Assembly (NCBI GenBank): GCA_045837725.1
Contig: JBEWZL010000278.1
Location: forward strand, 1 to 64,000
Reading direction: 5' to 3'
DNA length: 64,000 nt
From: Vermamoeba vermiformis
Lineage: Eukaryota
Part shown: positions 35,827 to 47,813 of the stretch, piece after piece
Layout: every line of letters starts with the position of its first letter
Numbering within the stretch: the stretch's first letter is position 1
Notes under the pieces: model-generated
The model's database searches: none
What the model was told of the DNA's origin: nothing
The model's input: only the letters and a program-made list of their open reading frames with translations
Program-made: the position numbers and the translations under genes

Positions 35827-38800
35827 TTATTTTTTCTTTTTGATTCCCAAATAAGTCAACGCTTCTTTGTCTTTTTTGCGTGAGACTAATAACTGGAACA
35901 ACATATTGTAGACATTCGTTTCGCGATTGTTCAACTCATTCAACGAAGAATTCTTCGGCGAATTCTCTTCGCGTTCTAATTCTGCAATTACTTCTTTAGT
36001 CGGTTTTGAATAGCAATCTAATATAACGATTTGTTTTGTCAGATCTCGATCCATGATCCGAGGTTTGAGACCTTCGCCGTCAGCATAGAAGAACTCTGTA
36101 TATTCATTAGTCATAATATTTACAAATCATATCGCTACGCTTACTCTTCATCGGCTAAAATAGATGCAAAGATTAGTAAAAGTATTTTTCAGTGAACGAT
36201 GAAATTTCACGTACCTGATACAATCCGCGAATGATTTCAATTTGCAAACTACTAGGCTTATTCTTTTCATCGTCTATTAATAATACTTTGTAAATAATGT
36301 CGAGAATGTGAAGCCAGATCTGTCGCAACAACCGCAAAAATAATTCGTGGTACATATTATCCGTCATAATCTTCAAGTGTTCGTTCAAATAGTTGAATAA
36401 CGGCTCTAATTGCTCTTCTAAATAATCTTCCATTTGTTTGTCCTTTGGTCCTTGTTTCCTCGGGCTGATATTTTTCCACGCCGAACTCAATCGATTTTCA
36501 TCCTTAATGACGTATCCAAACACATTCAACAAGTTCAATCTTATAGTATTACTCATCTATATATTGAATATATGAATTAGAGCAATATGAAAGTTTAAAT
36601 AATTAACTTACGCCTAAAATTATGATGTCGATCATTTCGTTTTGGGTCTTCTTCATCGACTTGAAGAACTCTGTGAAATTCTCAGAAATATAATCTTCAG
36701 AGCTGAGCACCTGTCGCTCCTCGTCCTTGAACTTGGGTATAAGCGATTTGTAGATCGGATAAATCTGGTCGCCAACAAGTTCGTTGAGATAGGCACGACA
36801 GGCCTCGACATTGTTCAATTTGATGCAGGCCTGTGATTCAAAAATAAGTTAATGAAATATACGAATAGTAACTACGCACCTTCTCGGAGATTTTAAAGTC
36901 GAATTTCTTCGGGAAGACTTGGAAGGTCGGATCATACAGCATTTTGTCGAGGTTGTTGATGGTCTCTTCGGTGACACCAAGTTCCAAGCAAAAAAATCTT
37001 TTCATACTTTCAGCGTATGAAAATGACACTTTGCCGATCACCTGAATGACAAAAATGTCAAAAAAAGTGACACGTGTCAATTTTAGGTTGACTTACAGTA
37101 CCGTAATGTTGCAGTAATAGAAGTACGGAGTTATCGTCCCATTCACTGAAAAGCTCTTCTAAGAACTCCACTGTTTGAGAACACGCCATCATTAAGTCCA
37201 AACACGACGACGAATGTGGTGAGTCTTTGCTGATCTTTTCCCACTTGTCCAACTCACGCGCATTCATGGTCCATTCGCGCAACTTAGTCTTGAGCTCTTC
37301 TAACCAAAGTGCTACGTAACTAACAGCGTAAGAGTAAAGAGGGAAATCTGAGACACTAGAAACACATGTCAGAAAATGTGACATCTTGACAGGTCAAAGT
37401 GTCATCGCGTACCGTTGTTCGCGCTTAATCCAGCTGTCGAATAGCTTCTTAGTCGCAGTGAATACATCGATCACGCTAATAGTCTCGAGATCTCTCGAGT
37501 GCTTGGTCAGTGTGAAAAAATCTTTCAGATCTGCTTCGAGCGAGTCGTAACAGGCGTTGATTACCGTGCAAACAATATCGACCTCCCTAAAGTACAAAAG
37601 TGATTAATAATTGCTGAACAGATGTATTTTTCACGACTTTTCTAAAGGGTGCTTGACGTACTTTGGAAAGGCTTTGTCGAAGAAGAAATCGTATTCATCG
37701 ACAAACTCCATAAGGCCCTCAACAATCGCAATCATATCAACGCAACTGTACTTCGGTTCAGGACTTAGCGAAGGGCTTACGGGCGTTGAAACAGGGTGAA
37801 CTTGATGAGCAACGTTTCCCGCCAATTGGAACACTTCACGTGTCACTACTGAAGGGCGCGGCTGCTTTGTTTTATCGATTTTAGGCTCGACGAACATATC
37901 AGGGACTAACGGCGCTTGCGGCCCTGGTTGATCTTTCGCGTTGCTTTTTTTGCGGCCGGTCTGATCTTGTGCTGCCAGGGCCTTTAACGGTCCCAACAAG
38001 TCATATGTCAACTTGCACATCACCTGCAAATGAAAAAATTAGCGAAATTTCAGTGTAGTATATACTCAGAGTGCTCGTTTAAGTCGAAAAAGAATTTGAA
38101 AAAAAAAAAACTTTGCGAAGAAAAAATTGAAATTTCCGCTTTTCAAAAATAAGCAAAAAAGTTTTACGTACCACAGTATTGTCTCTGATAAGATTAGCGT
38201 AGTTGTTTGGGAACAAAAACGTGAACATTTTGATCACAAAATCAAAGCCGTAATCCGCGTCATTGTTCGGGAATAGCTTCGTGCAGCTCTGAATAGCGTT
38301 CTCGCAATATAATTTCAATCTATTTTGCGTGTCTTCCAAGCGTTTAGCTTCGTTCTTGGTTTTGAACGAAAATTTCTTTAAATTGACCAATGACTCGAAC
38401 ATATTCGATAAATGCGCTCGATCTTCAGTGACGTACGTCAAAAGATAGTCCAGATACCTAAAAAGGAAATTGATACAAGATATCCATAAAAGACTCGTGG
38501 ATCCGTATTCTCAAAAAAACATGTTTCCGTTGATGATTTCCTTATATGGAAGTTGGCATATGAAACCTACGTCAAGTGCTGATAACTCTTAGGAATACCA
38601 TAATAACTGCAAAATTGATCGATGTAGCCCTGCATCTCGACAGTATTGATCAAGTTAATTTTTCTCTTTTGTGCATAACTTGAAACTCCTATTATTTGTT
38701 CCAATAGCGTCCTATATTAAGGTTCAATTAGTATATAAGTCAATGTATCATTTCGTGTCGTGCTTACTGATATACTTTTATGCTTGTTGGTACGTCTTTA

Positions 38801-40663
38801 AATCTCCGTGTTGGCAAGTCATTAACATGAGATTGCGAAATAAATACTATTTGAAGCTTCAACTTGGCTTCCGGACTCTATTGAACATATTAGATCACCA
38901 TTAAGGTTCAATCAAAGTTAGATCCGGTCGGTCTTACTTTTGGAGATTTCAACGAGAACCATTCAATCTGTGGCGATGGTTGGTCACGCCACTTGGTGCT
39001 CTAGATGATTTAATTTACTTAATTAGGCCTATAATCATCACGCGTAATTTTAATAGAAAATTTCGTACCGGAATATTGAGCTCGGCCACTTTGGTCTTCG
39101 TTTGAACGCCAATGAAATTGTGGTCCGTTGTATAGACCTTAACTATTATATCTTTATCTGCCCTATCCACTGGAACGTCGCTATACAAAACAAAATTAGA
39201 ACGAAAATTTTTGTAACGAAAAATAAAATTGATAAAAATTATAGCATTGACGTTAATAGGACATATAATACTTACAAATACTTTTCTTCGTTCCATTTAG
39301 CCTTAGGACCTTGCGAAGTCATCGTAGTTTTGGTTTTTGATTTGTCGTATTTGACCATGACAAATAAATTGCCCAAAGTATCGTCTTTCAAGAGTTTCTT
39401 GCCTTCAAGTACTCCTATAAATAATCTTCCTACGCATTGAGGCGATAGCGCTTGGTAAGTACAAACATTCGCTGGATTTTTCGCAGCTTGAGTTTCATTA
39501 TCCGCTCGTTTTTGTTGTAACGACCTCCAGTTATAAAACGCTTGTTCATCCTAATAAAAATTGGCATTAATATAATTAATTTCGCATAAATATGGCAATA
39601 GCTTACGTTAAAGTCTTCTTTGTTAAAAGGTCCTTTTTTGTCCATGACTTGTTTCAGCTCTTCCTGCAATTGATTGATTCGATACTACAACGAGATTAAT
39701 ATTTATATCGTTAAGTATATATAAGTCTTACGTCAGTACCGCCAAACGTCTTGAGAGCAAAAATAATCTGGGATCCGCGATTAGGATCAGAAAATTTGAA
39801 ATATTGCTCGAGCTTGCTGAGTTCGAGTTTATATTCTGATTTAACGTGGCCGAAGGGGTATATTAAGCAATGAACGGCCCTTTCAAACGTTATCTGTTCA
39901 TGGATCTAGGTCAGTACGAAAACTTGCTTAATTAGGAAAGGTTTAGATTTCTAATTAAGACGTATTAAACGTTCAAATTGTATTATATATGGTATTTAAA
40001 AGGCATTGACTTACTTCTAATAGGTCATCAGGAGTTTTAACCTCGTAGGTATTGAACTCGTCAATTTCTTGCGCTAACCGTTCTTTAAAAATATTTTGCT
40101 TCTTATTCGCGTTATTATTATTCTCATTAGTATCCTTTGGCCGTTCTAATTCTTCAGGACGATTAAATATACTAGCGATTTTCCTTCGCGATACTGCGTT
40201 TCTGATTCTAATTTGTCCTTCTTCCTTCTTTTTAGCTACATTATCCTTAACTTTGCTACGATTTAACAAAGGGCCAAGGATTTTTTGTGCTGAATGCACG
40301 CTCCTGTAGAATTAGCGGTAAGTGATCTGTCCAACAACCAAATTCAATCTTGACAGCAACGTGACCAAAATTAATTAAAATTTATTAATTAACATTTAGA
40401 TGCTATCATAGGTCTTAAATTGACTAACAGACGGACAAAAATATTTTTTAATAATTTTTTCAATTAAATTGTGAATTAGCAACGTACCATTTAACTCCAT
40501 CATGGAACCCCTGTTTAAGAATATTCTTCTTTCCCTTTATCGTCGAATTTTTCGACACGCGAAGCGATCTGAAATTAATTTATTATTGAAAAGTCAGAAA
40601 TTGGAATTGCCAAGGCAAACTTGAGGGAAACTGGTCTTACTGTCCTCTTTTATGCTCCGCCAT
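35827..40663 (-). CDS. Munc13/BAIAP3-like protein (C2 domain plus MUN/MHD helical region), left arm
   Basis: C2 domain (IGVLEGKKL...VKYDK..TT...PKAKWNE...VKVY..D). MHD1-like DKWEKISKDSPHSSSCLDL and CIKLNNVE. MHD2-like LEPLFNYLNEHL...LLRQIW and FFYADGEGL. Confidence 0.8.
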
Positions 40664-41042
40664 TGTATATCAATTACATCTGAATTCAATTTGAGACACC
40701 AGGGAAAATTGGTCGGTTTTGCGGGTTTTGATTACCGCAAAAAGATACAAATAAAACGGGGGAGATATCAAAATATTAATTGTAGATACGTGGTTTATAT
40801 TCTAGAATATCTACAAGGAGCAAATCGTTTTTCGAAAGCAAAGGAATGGAGAAAGATCCGGTTTTGCTGTTAAGTTTCTCACTCACTTTGGTTTATTTAC
40901 AAATTATACAATCGTGATCGAAACCCAGGTTCTGGCGCTAATAAATAAAATATGTTCAAAATACCAGTGTTGTACAGGATCCGCGGATGTGGTTGGTGCA
41001 TCCGCGTATCTTTTCGACAATCGATCTTATTGCCAGTTATTA

Positions 41043-41354
41043 TTACTTGTCAATAATATCGACCATCTTGCTGCACTCGTCGTCGCTAGTGCCAGCATCG
41101 CTAGAGAGAGCAGCAGCTTGATTACTAGTCTCGTTTGTGATTTCGTTAGGCTCGTTGTTCGCCGAGGTAGATTCTTCGTCTTGTTGTCTCAAGAGTTCAA
41201 TTTGTTGGTTAATAAACTCGAGAAGAGGAGCAATATCTTCTTTCTTGCTTAATTCGCTGTAGTACTTGATCACTTCATCGCAAGCGGCGATCATTCGTTC
41301 AACATCCGCATCTGAATTATTCATGTTCGTTAGTACTCGCGAATTCGTTTGCAT
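41043..41354 (-). CDS. Small acidic hypothetical protein (103 aa), left arm
   Basis: ATG-started ORF with a helical N-half and acidic tail. The protein is identical in the other arm. Confidence 0.5.
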   Translation of the reverse strand: MQTNSRVLTNMNNSDADVERMIAACDEVIKYYSELSKKEDIAPLLEFINQQIELLRQQDEESTSANNEPNEITNETSNQAAALSSDAGTSDDECSKMVDIIDK

Positions 41355-41474
41355 TAGAGTTGTATTTCAAAAATAATAACATATTTTACGAATTTTTAAC
41401 TTATATAGCTGAATTCAATTTTTGATCCAAAACGCATCTGGCTTAATTTCGCACGAATTTTCCATAGAAGAATT

Positions 41475-43376
41475 CTACTTACTCAGATGATTGCTTGCCA
41501 AGGCCTCGACGAACTTTCGAATGTCTACTCCGTCGAATTGTGGCAAAACAGAACTTCCAAAAGTTGAACTCGTGTCTCTAATGTTGACCTCGGTTTTCAT
41601 CAAATCGTCCAACTCTTCATTATCATCGTCTGTCATGGCGTCATCGTCATCTAATCGTGGCATGAAGGAAGGTTGTGGTAGTGAAGGGAAAGAATTGCGA
41701 ATGGTTGTGGCAGCATTGAAAGATAGGGACGGAAGTTGTCTTTGGAACAAAAGTTGACTGAGCGGTATCATGGCCTTGCTAAGGCTCGATGAGGATGAAC
41801 TATCAGGTCGCTTAATGATCACGCGCCGTCTAAATTGAGCCAAATATCGACGTCGTAGTGTTGGTGTGAGTCTAAAATGGGACATTAGTTCGCGCACAAA
41901 TTAATCAATTTAAAACTTCCGCCGCAAGATTTGGCAATTCAAATTCAAAAAGGTAATTATAGAAATGCAATTTTGCAACGTACCTATTAATGTCTTTAAT
42001 AGAAGGAGTAAGCAGCTTTTGTTTGGCCTCGTCGTCAATGGGCAAAAAGTATCTTGTCTCGTCGACGCAACCCTTTTGAAATGATTAGATTTTTGTCTCC
42101 TTTGATTCAATTTGACTTGAAGCTCGCTTACTTGATAGTTAATGCTCTCCAGGAACCATTCTAAGCCGACACAGTAGATACCCCATTCCATCGCGTACAA
42201 AAATTTTAATCCAGATGCGTTCTTTAAAAATCAATTAGCTTAGCTCTCAAAACGTCTTATCATGCTATAGTAAAGTTACTTACGCGATACTTGATCGATC
42301 CCACTCGTGTAGCGATCAAGGCAGTAGTTTCGCTGTTAATTTCTTCGGTAACTTCGCCATGCATGTACTTGATGACCTTGATTGTATTTTCCTATATAAG
42401 GGCGGTCAGTTCCGCGAGCTAAGCGCTAAAGTCCAATCGATCGAGAAATTTGGGACGGTTCAGTCGCTCACAAAGGGGACTGATTCTCGGTACGAAACAA
42501 ATTAGGGTATCTTTGGTGATTAATATGAGTAGGTTAAATTTGCTAAATTGATCAAGGGTCACGTAAGGAATTATCATGGAATTTGTGGATGTTTTCGGCA
42601 GATTGGTCTCGTACGCAAGGTACATACCTTTTTGTTGCTATTCATTGAGGAACATCCGAATTTACATCCTTCTAATAATCTAGAATATAAAGGGTAATGT
42701 TCTTTGCCTTCTGGAATCGGTTTTCGATCGCGAACAGATTCGTAGATGCAGCGTACACCTACAAAAGACCGTTAGAAACTATTTTTTCTGTGCATATCGT
42801 TAATTGAGTGTACTTGCCAATAATATGAGCGCCATTCTTCTCGCACAGCTGGTGGAACGAGTCCTTGCAAATCCAAAGAAAGTTAGTACCGCAATAAATT
42901 GTAAGCAATTTAACGCTCGAGAACATTTTCCTCTCGCGGTAGAGTGATAGTCAATACTAAATAAGCGCTTAATTTGCGTATAAATAGAGAGCTAATCGAT
43001 TGAATTAATATTTAAAATTTAATAAATTTGATCGAAAAGCCACTACTTGGAAAACTGAGTAATAGACTTTCGATATGAATCTAAAAATAAAATTAATAGA
43101 TACATGATAATCGGATACGCGCGCTTAAAATCACTAATTTCTGCATTCGTTGCCACGTACTCCCTCAAATCTGTCCACCACTACAAAAATTGCGTGTTCT
43201 TCTGCTTCGAGCGGTATGTAATCATTGATGCACCCTTCTTTTTGAACGAGTTGATTGAGTCCGCTCAAAAAAGTTGGAGTTGCACAGATCTTGCCGCCGT
43301 TCTCGACTAACACTTGTTGAAGCTTATGAGCATCTGCAATTTCTCCAGATACATAGAATATTTTGTTGGCAAACAT
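41475..43376 (-). CDS. BRCT-repeat protein (TopBP1/ECT2 N-terminal type); left-arm allele lacking two exons
   Basis: Mirror of 52092-54621 but missing the 637 bp at 53221-53857, with the junction at about 42248-42250. The 3' end may extend to about 41400 through a short last exon. Confidence 0.7.
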
Positions 43377-43789
43377 AAGTTTCTTGTATGTTACACTATT
43401 TGAATCACGGGACAAAAAGCTTGTGACCGAAACTTGTAATTTTCCTTTCTGCCTTTTTTGTCAAATCGACAGTTTGTCGAGGTGATTCGCGGAGTTCTTT
43501 AATTAATCTAAAGTCCCATGCGATAAATCACATGGTACAAGATCACCACGCACGGCTCCATGAACGGTACTGAGTTGTAGGAGGAGAAAATTGATACGTC
43601 GGAGTTGCTACATCCACAAAGGAGGGTTATCTCGAACTTACGACCTTGATCCGTTTACTAGTAGCGCCCCAACCGGGTAGAAAATTAGTTTATTCTTTTC
43701 TTTTGCGTGCGTTTCAATTTACAATTGTAAATTGATTTTTTGGCATTTTGATCGGGAGAAAAAATAATTCTGTTAATTAAAATCTACGC

Positions 43790-45395
43790 ATGTCACGAAC
43801 ACCACGAAGAGCCAGCAAGCAGGTTGATTATGCTGCTTTTGGCGACGGTGAAGATGAAGACGCTTTGGATCTAAGCGCTGAGGACGCAGAGGACGAGGAA
43901 GTCAGGCCTAAGAAACGTGAAAAAAGAGAACCTAGCAAGAAAAAAGAAGATAATAAAAAACCTGCGAGCGTTATTATTGACGATAACGATGACGACGTTG
44001 TGCTAGTTGAAGATCGAGATGCCGACGACTTTGATCTCGGTCGGAGAATAATCAATAATATTGCGCAAAAAATTCCAGAAATTATTAAACCCAAGAAAAA
44101 GAACGTAATTGATGACGATGAAGTTATAAATTTAGAGGAAGACGATAACGAACCGGTAGTAACATTTAGAAATTTGCCTAAAATTGGCGGACAAACCGTA
44201 CGACCATCACCTGCCCCAGCTAAAGAATTATCACCTCGTGAACCGGTTGTAGAAAGTAAGTAGAAATTAATTCGTTATTTTTTTAAATTTTCTGGAAATT
44301 CGTGCCGTGCAATTCGCGCGGGAAACAACCAGCAGCCCTTTTATTGCTTATTTACGTTGTAGTATTTATTTTAAAAATTAACCTAAATTATTTCGATTTA
44401 GAGCAACCGACAAAGCGTGAACGAACACCACCGAAGAAACGGATCATCGATAGCGATAGCGACGATGATTTTAGCGGTGAAGGTAATTTTCACTATTCTA
44501 TTAACGAATGTTATATTAATTTCCATTTAGCTGATGGCGAATATGACGCTGATTTTGGGTTTGAAGAAGAAAGATCCAAGTCAAAAAAACGAAAGGCGGA
44601 GCCCAAAGAAAAGAAAGCGCCCACAAAGCGAGCAAAGCGTAATAAAGACGATGACGTGTCAGTATCAGAGTCGACTTCAACACGAAAAGAAGAAGTTCCA
44701 AAGCCAAAGCCTGTTTCAGTTGTAATTGAACCGGTCAAAGAAATTATTCCAGAAAGAAAGCCACAAACAGCGCCAGTGAAAGAAGTGGCTATTAAAGAAG
44801 TCAATAATAGCAGTAGCACTTCTAAGAAAAAAGAACCGTCAATAGAAAGTGATGAAGAAGAGGACAGATCCGTCTCGACATCCAACCAACCAGCGATTGA
44901 AACGAAACGAGATAAGAGAGCTTTAATTACTAGCGAAGCAAATAATCAATATGGTGGAAATAAGCAGACAGCAGCTAGCGCAAATGGCAATTCATCGCCT
45001 CCAAAGAAGAAAAATGAAAGCGATGAAGAAGTCACATCCGGTCCTTCCACGCCAATTAAGCGTAAGATTAATATGAGCAACGATTATTGTAACAATATTC
45101 TTATATTACTATTTAGCTAAACCAGTTATGCCCGCTTCAACCTCAGCTGCGCAATCGAAGCCGATCGTCAGCACCAGTTCACCGAAAAAGCCTGGTCTAT
45201 CAAGTAAGTCTTCTTCTCCCTATAATGAAAAAATTGATAATAGGTCCCGGCTATGATAGTATATTAATTGCGTTTCTATTTTTAGAAGCTAACGGAGAGC
45301 AGTCAAGCGGCATGAACCTAGGTCCATCACCTAGCCGAAGGCGCGTCGGTTTATCAAGAACTCAGCGCGTACCATCTTTGCACGGTGATAAATAG
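43790..45395 (+). CDS. RAD51AP1/NUCKS-family-like disordered nuclear protein, left arm
   Basis: N-terminus MSRTPRRASKQVDYAAFGD resembles NUCKS1/RAD51AP1 (M.RP.R..K.V.YSQF). Charged disordered middle. C-terminus RRRVGLSRTQRVPSLH resembles the RAD51AP1 RAD51-binding tail (LRLGLSR..RVKPLH). Confidence 0.7.
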
Positions 45396-45531
45396 TCACT
45401 CGAGCTATAGTATAGTGCTTGTATTGTAAATAAATTGTAAAAGTTGATTTTGTTGCGGAAATTTTGCTAGGCAAAGCCTCTCGCAAAATTTCGGCGTCTT
45501 GCTTTTATTTTTTGAATATAGAGATACACAA

Positions 45532-47713
45532 ATGGAAGAAACTGGCCACAAAAAGCTCGTTTGTGTTATTGTAGGCACCAACAGATCAGGCAAAACAACG
45601 ATTTTCAATTTATTGACCAGATCAGATCAAGCCCAGTCAAATGGAGAGATAATAATTCCAAAAAATATTACGTTATCGTAAGTATGAAATTAAGACCATT
45701 AAAATCGAAGCCTATTTAATTATTCATGAATAAAATTAAAATTGCAATTTTCCGGAACGGCCAGACTCAATCTCTATTGCCTCCGTCTATATTTTACTTA
45801 TTATATATTTAAAATAGGGAGCGTGAATTTCAAAGCACGAGCCAGTCTCCGTTTGGCACGCTTCCAACCGAGATCTTGAACAAGAGTAAGCTTATCAGAT
45901 TGAAGGGATCGTATTTTTATTAACTATTACAATTAGTATTTTATTTTATGGACAAACGTGATCTTCTCCGTTGTCTATCAGTTTGCAAATCATTTTCAAA
46001 ACTTGGCTCGACGGATTCTCTTTGGCGAGCTCATTTGAACGATTGGCTCGCATCCAATTCAATAGCAACACCTATGAAAATAATAGAAACGGCTCAATCC
46101 TTAAAAAAGCTGGTCAAGTAAGTCCTGGACAGAACTTTCCTTTTATGGTAAATCGCATCCAACCCATTTATTTCTAGGTGGCTGAATATTTCAGAAGGTG
46201 GAATGTATAGGACTAATGCACCTGATCTAGCAGATTTATTATTAGTGGATACATTGCCAGTCAATGTCGCGGTCTCTTATACAAAATACGAAAATTTCTC
46301 TCGTGTAATGATGGGCGCGTACGGCGTCGGAATTTTATGCGTAAATCCAAACGTCTTCAAGTCGTAAGTAATATACTTACTATATGAATAATCAATCTTA
46401 TCATTTTATAGCATGTCGATCGTGGATCTGATCCCAAAAATATTATCGGCGTTACATGCCTTTGCAGTGACCCAAGATCGAACGTTAATTATAGCAGTGA
46501 ATCGATTAGACGAAGTATCATTCGCGCAGCCAATGTTTAATAAGTTCAGAAGCTTCTTAGTCTCACTACTAAGCAGAGTAAGTCACCCTAGCTGTCACCG
46601 ACATCCGCTTTCCTTTTGACATAGAAACAATTAGTTACAAATATACAAGCTTTTAATACACTACATTCGATACTCTTAGGAATACTAGGATTATTATAGT
46701 TAGCTTCAATAGTCAGATCTGTTCCTAACATTTATTTTGTGTTCCTAGCACGGAGTTCCTAATTACTACATTGTACCTGTAAACGGAAAAACAGGCGAAA
46801 ATGTGGTCACTGAGTTCAATACTAGTGAGAAGAAGATGCCATGGTACAATGGTCCCTCAATTCAACAAATTCTCGCTGAAATATATAATACGAGGCAAGT
46901 ACCTTTAACTACCATTTTGGGTTCATATCATTATTTTTCCGTTATATTAATATGAAGGTGCGTATTACAAGGTTAGAGTCATGGAGCGAAAAAAATTTAA
47001 AAGCGGCTATTCGAACCATCAAAGTACGTAACCAAAAAAACAGTAGTCAGTTCAATAATATTATGTACTTATTTAATAATAGAGAACGACCATGACGAGC
47101 ATAATCACGTTTGTTTGCGTTCACAGCGGAGTTATTCGTACTGGCGATAATCTTTCAGTGGGAAGTAACGCAGTAACTGTCGAGTCCATCGAACAAGAGG
47201 GACGAATAGTAGACAGTGTTAGTGCTTCTGATTGGGCTGTGATTACCTTAAAAGGAAATACTGTCGATCAAATACAAGAAGTAAGTCTTATCCATAAAAG
47301 TTCGTTTGCTTCATGAAAACATTAACATGTGATCTTTAATTAGGGGGCGTTGATATCTTCCGTTGAAGATCCCATCGGAGAATTAAAGAAATTCCGCGTC
47401 ATGTTGCATACTTACCACGTGATCACCCCAAACGAAAAATACACCCTCATAACGTAAGTTCAAATATTTCCTTATTTGGTAATACTCACGAGACCGTTCA
47501 GATCTTCATTTGCAAAGAGGACAGTGCGAGTGGTATCGATTGCCAAAATAGGAATACATTCGAACCGATTCAGGGCAACACTGGAGATCGAGCGAGATTT
47601 CGCCGTGCCATTCGTTCAAGAACCAGCCAAGAAAATGGGCCGATTTGTGTTAGTCAGCATTGTGAAGAACGTCAAAATATTGAACAGTCCTATACTCATG
47701 GCTGCTGGTATAT
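45532..47713 (+). CDS. Divergent EF1A/HBS1-like GTPase with an F-box inserted after the P-loop; truncated by the gap (left arm)
   Basis: G1 VIVGTNRSGKTT, F-box FGTLPTEILNKIFYFMDKRDLLRCLSVCKSF...LW, G4-like IAVNRLD, IVPVNGKTGEN..MPWYNGPS, domain II VHSGVIRTGD..VESIE and domain III MGRFVL...AAG. Confidence 0.8.
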
Positions 47714-47813
47714 NNNNNNNNNNNNNNNNNNNNNNNNNNNNNNNNNNNNNNNNNNNNNNNNNNNNNNNNNNNNNNNNNNNNNNNNNNNNNNNNNNNNNNN
47801 NNNNNNNNNNNNN
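47714..47813. other. Assembly gap (100 N) at the symmetry axis of the inverted duplication
   Basis: Run of N bases. Both flanks end within about 20 nt of the same position of the same gene. Confidence 0.99.

Noticed and set aside
43440-43700. RNase MRP, snRNA or telomerase RNA in the intergenic region (AAAGTCCC, AATTTTCT, CCCTAAA)
   Set aside because: The partner motifs are missing and the telomere-like heptamer is not conserved between arms.
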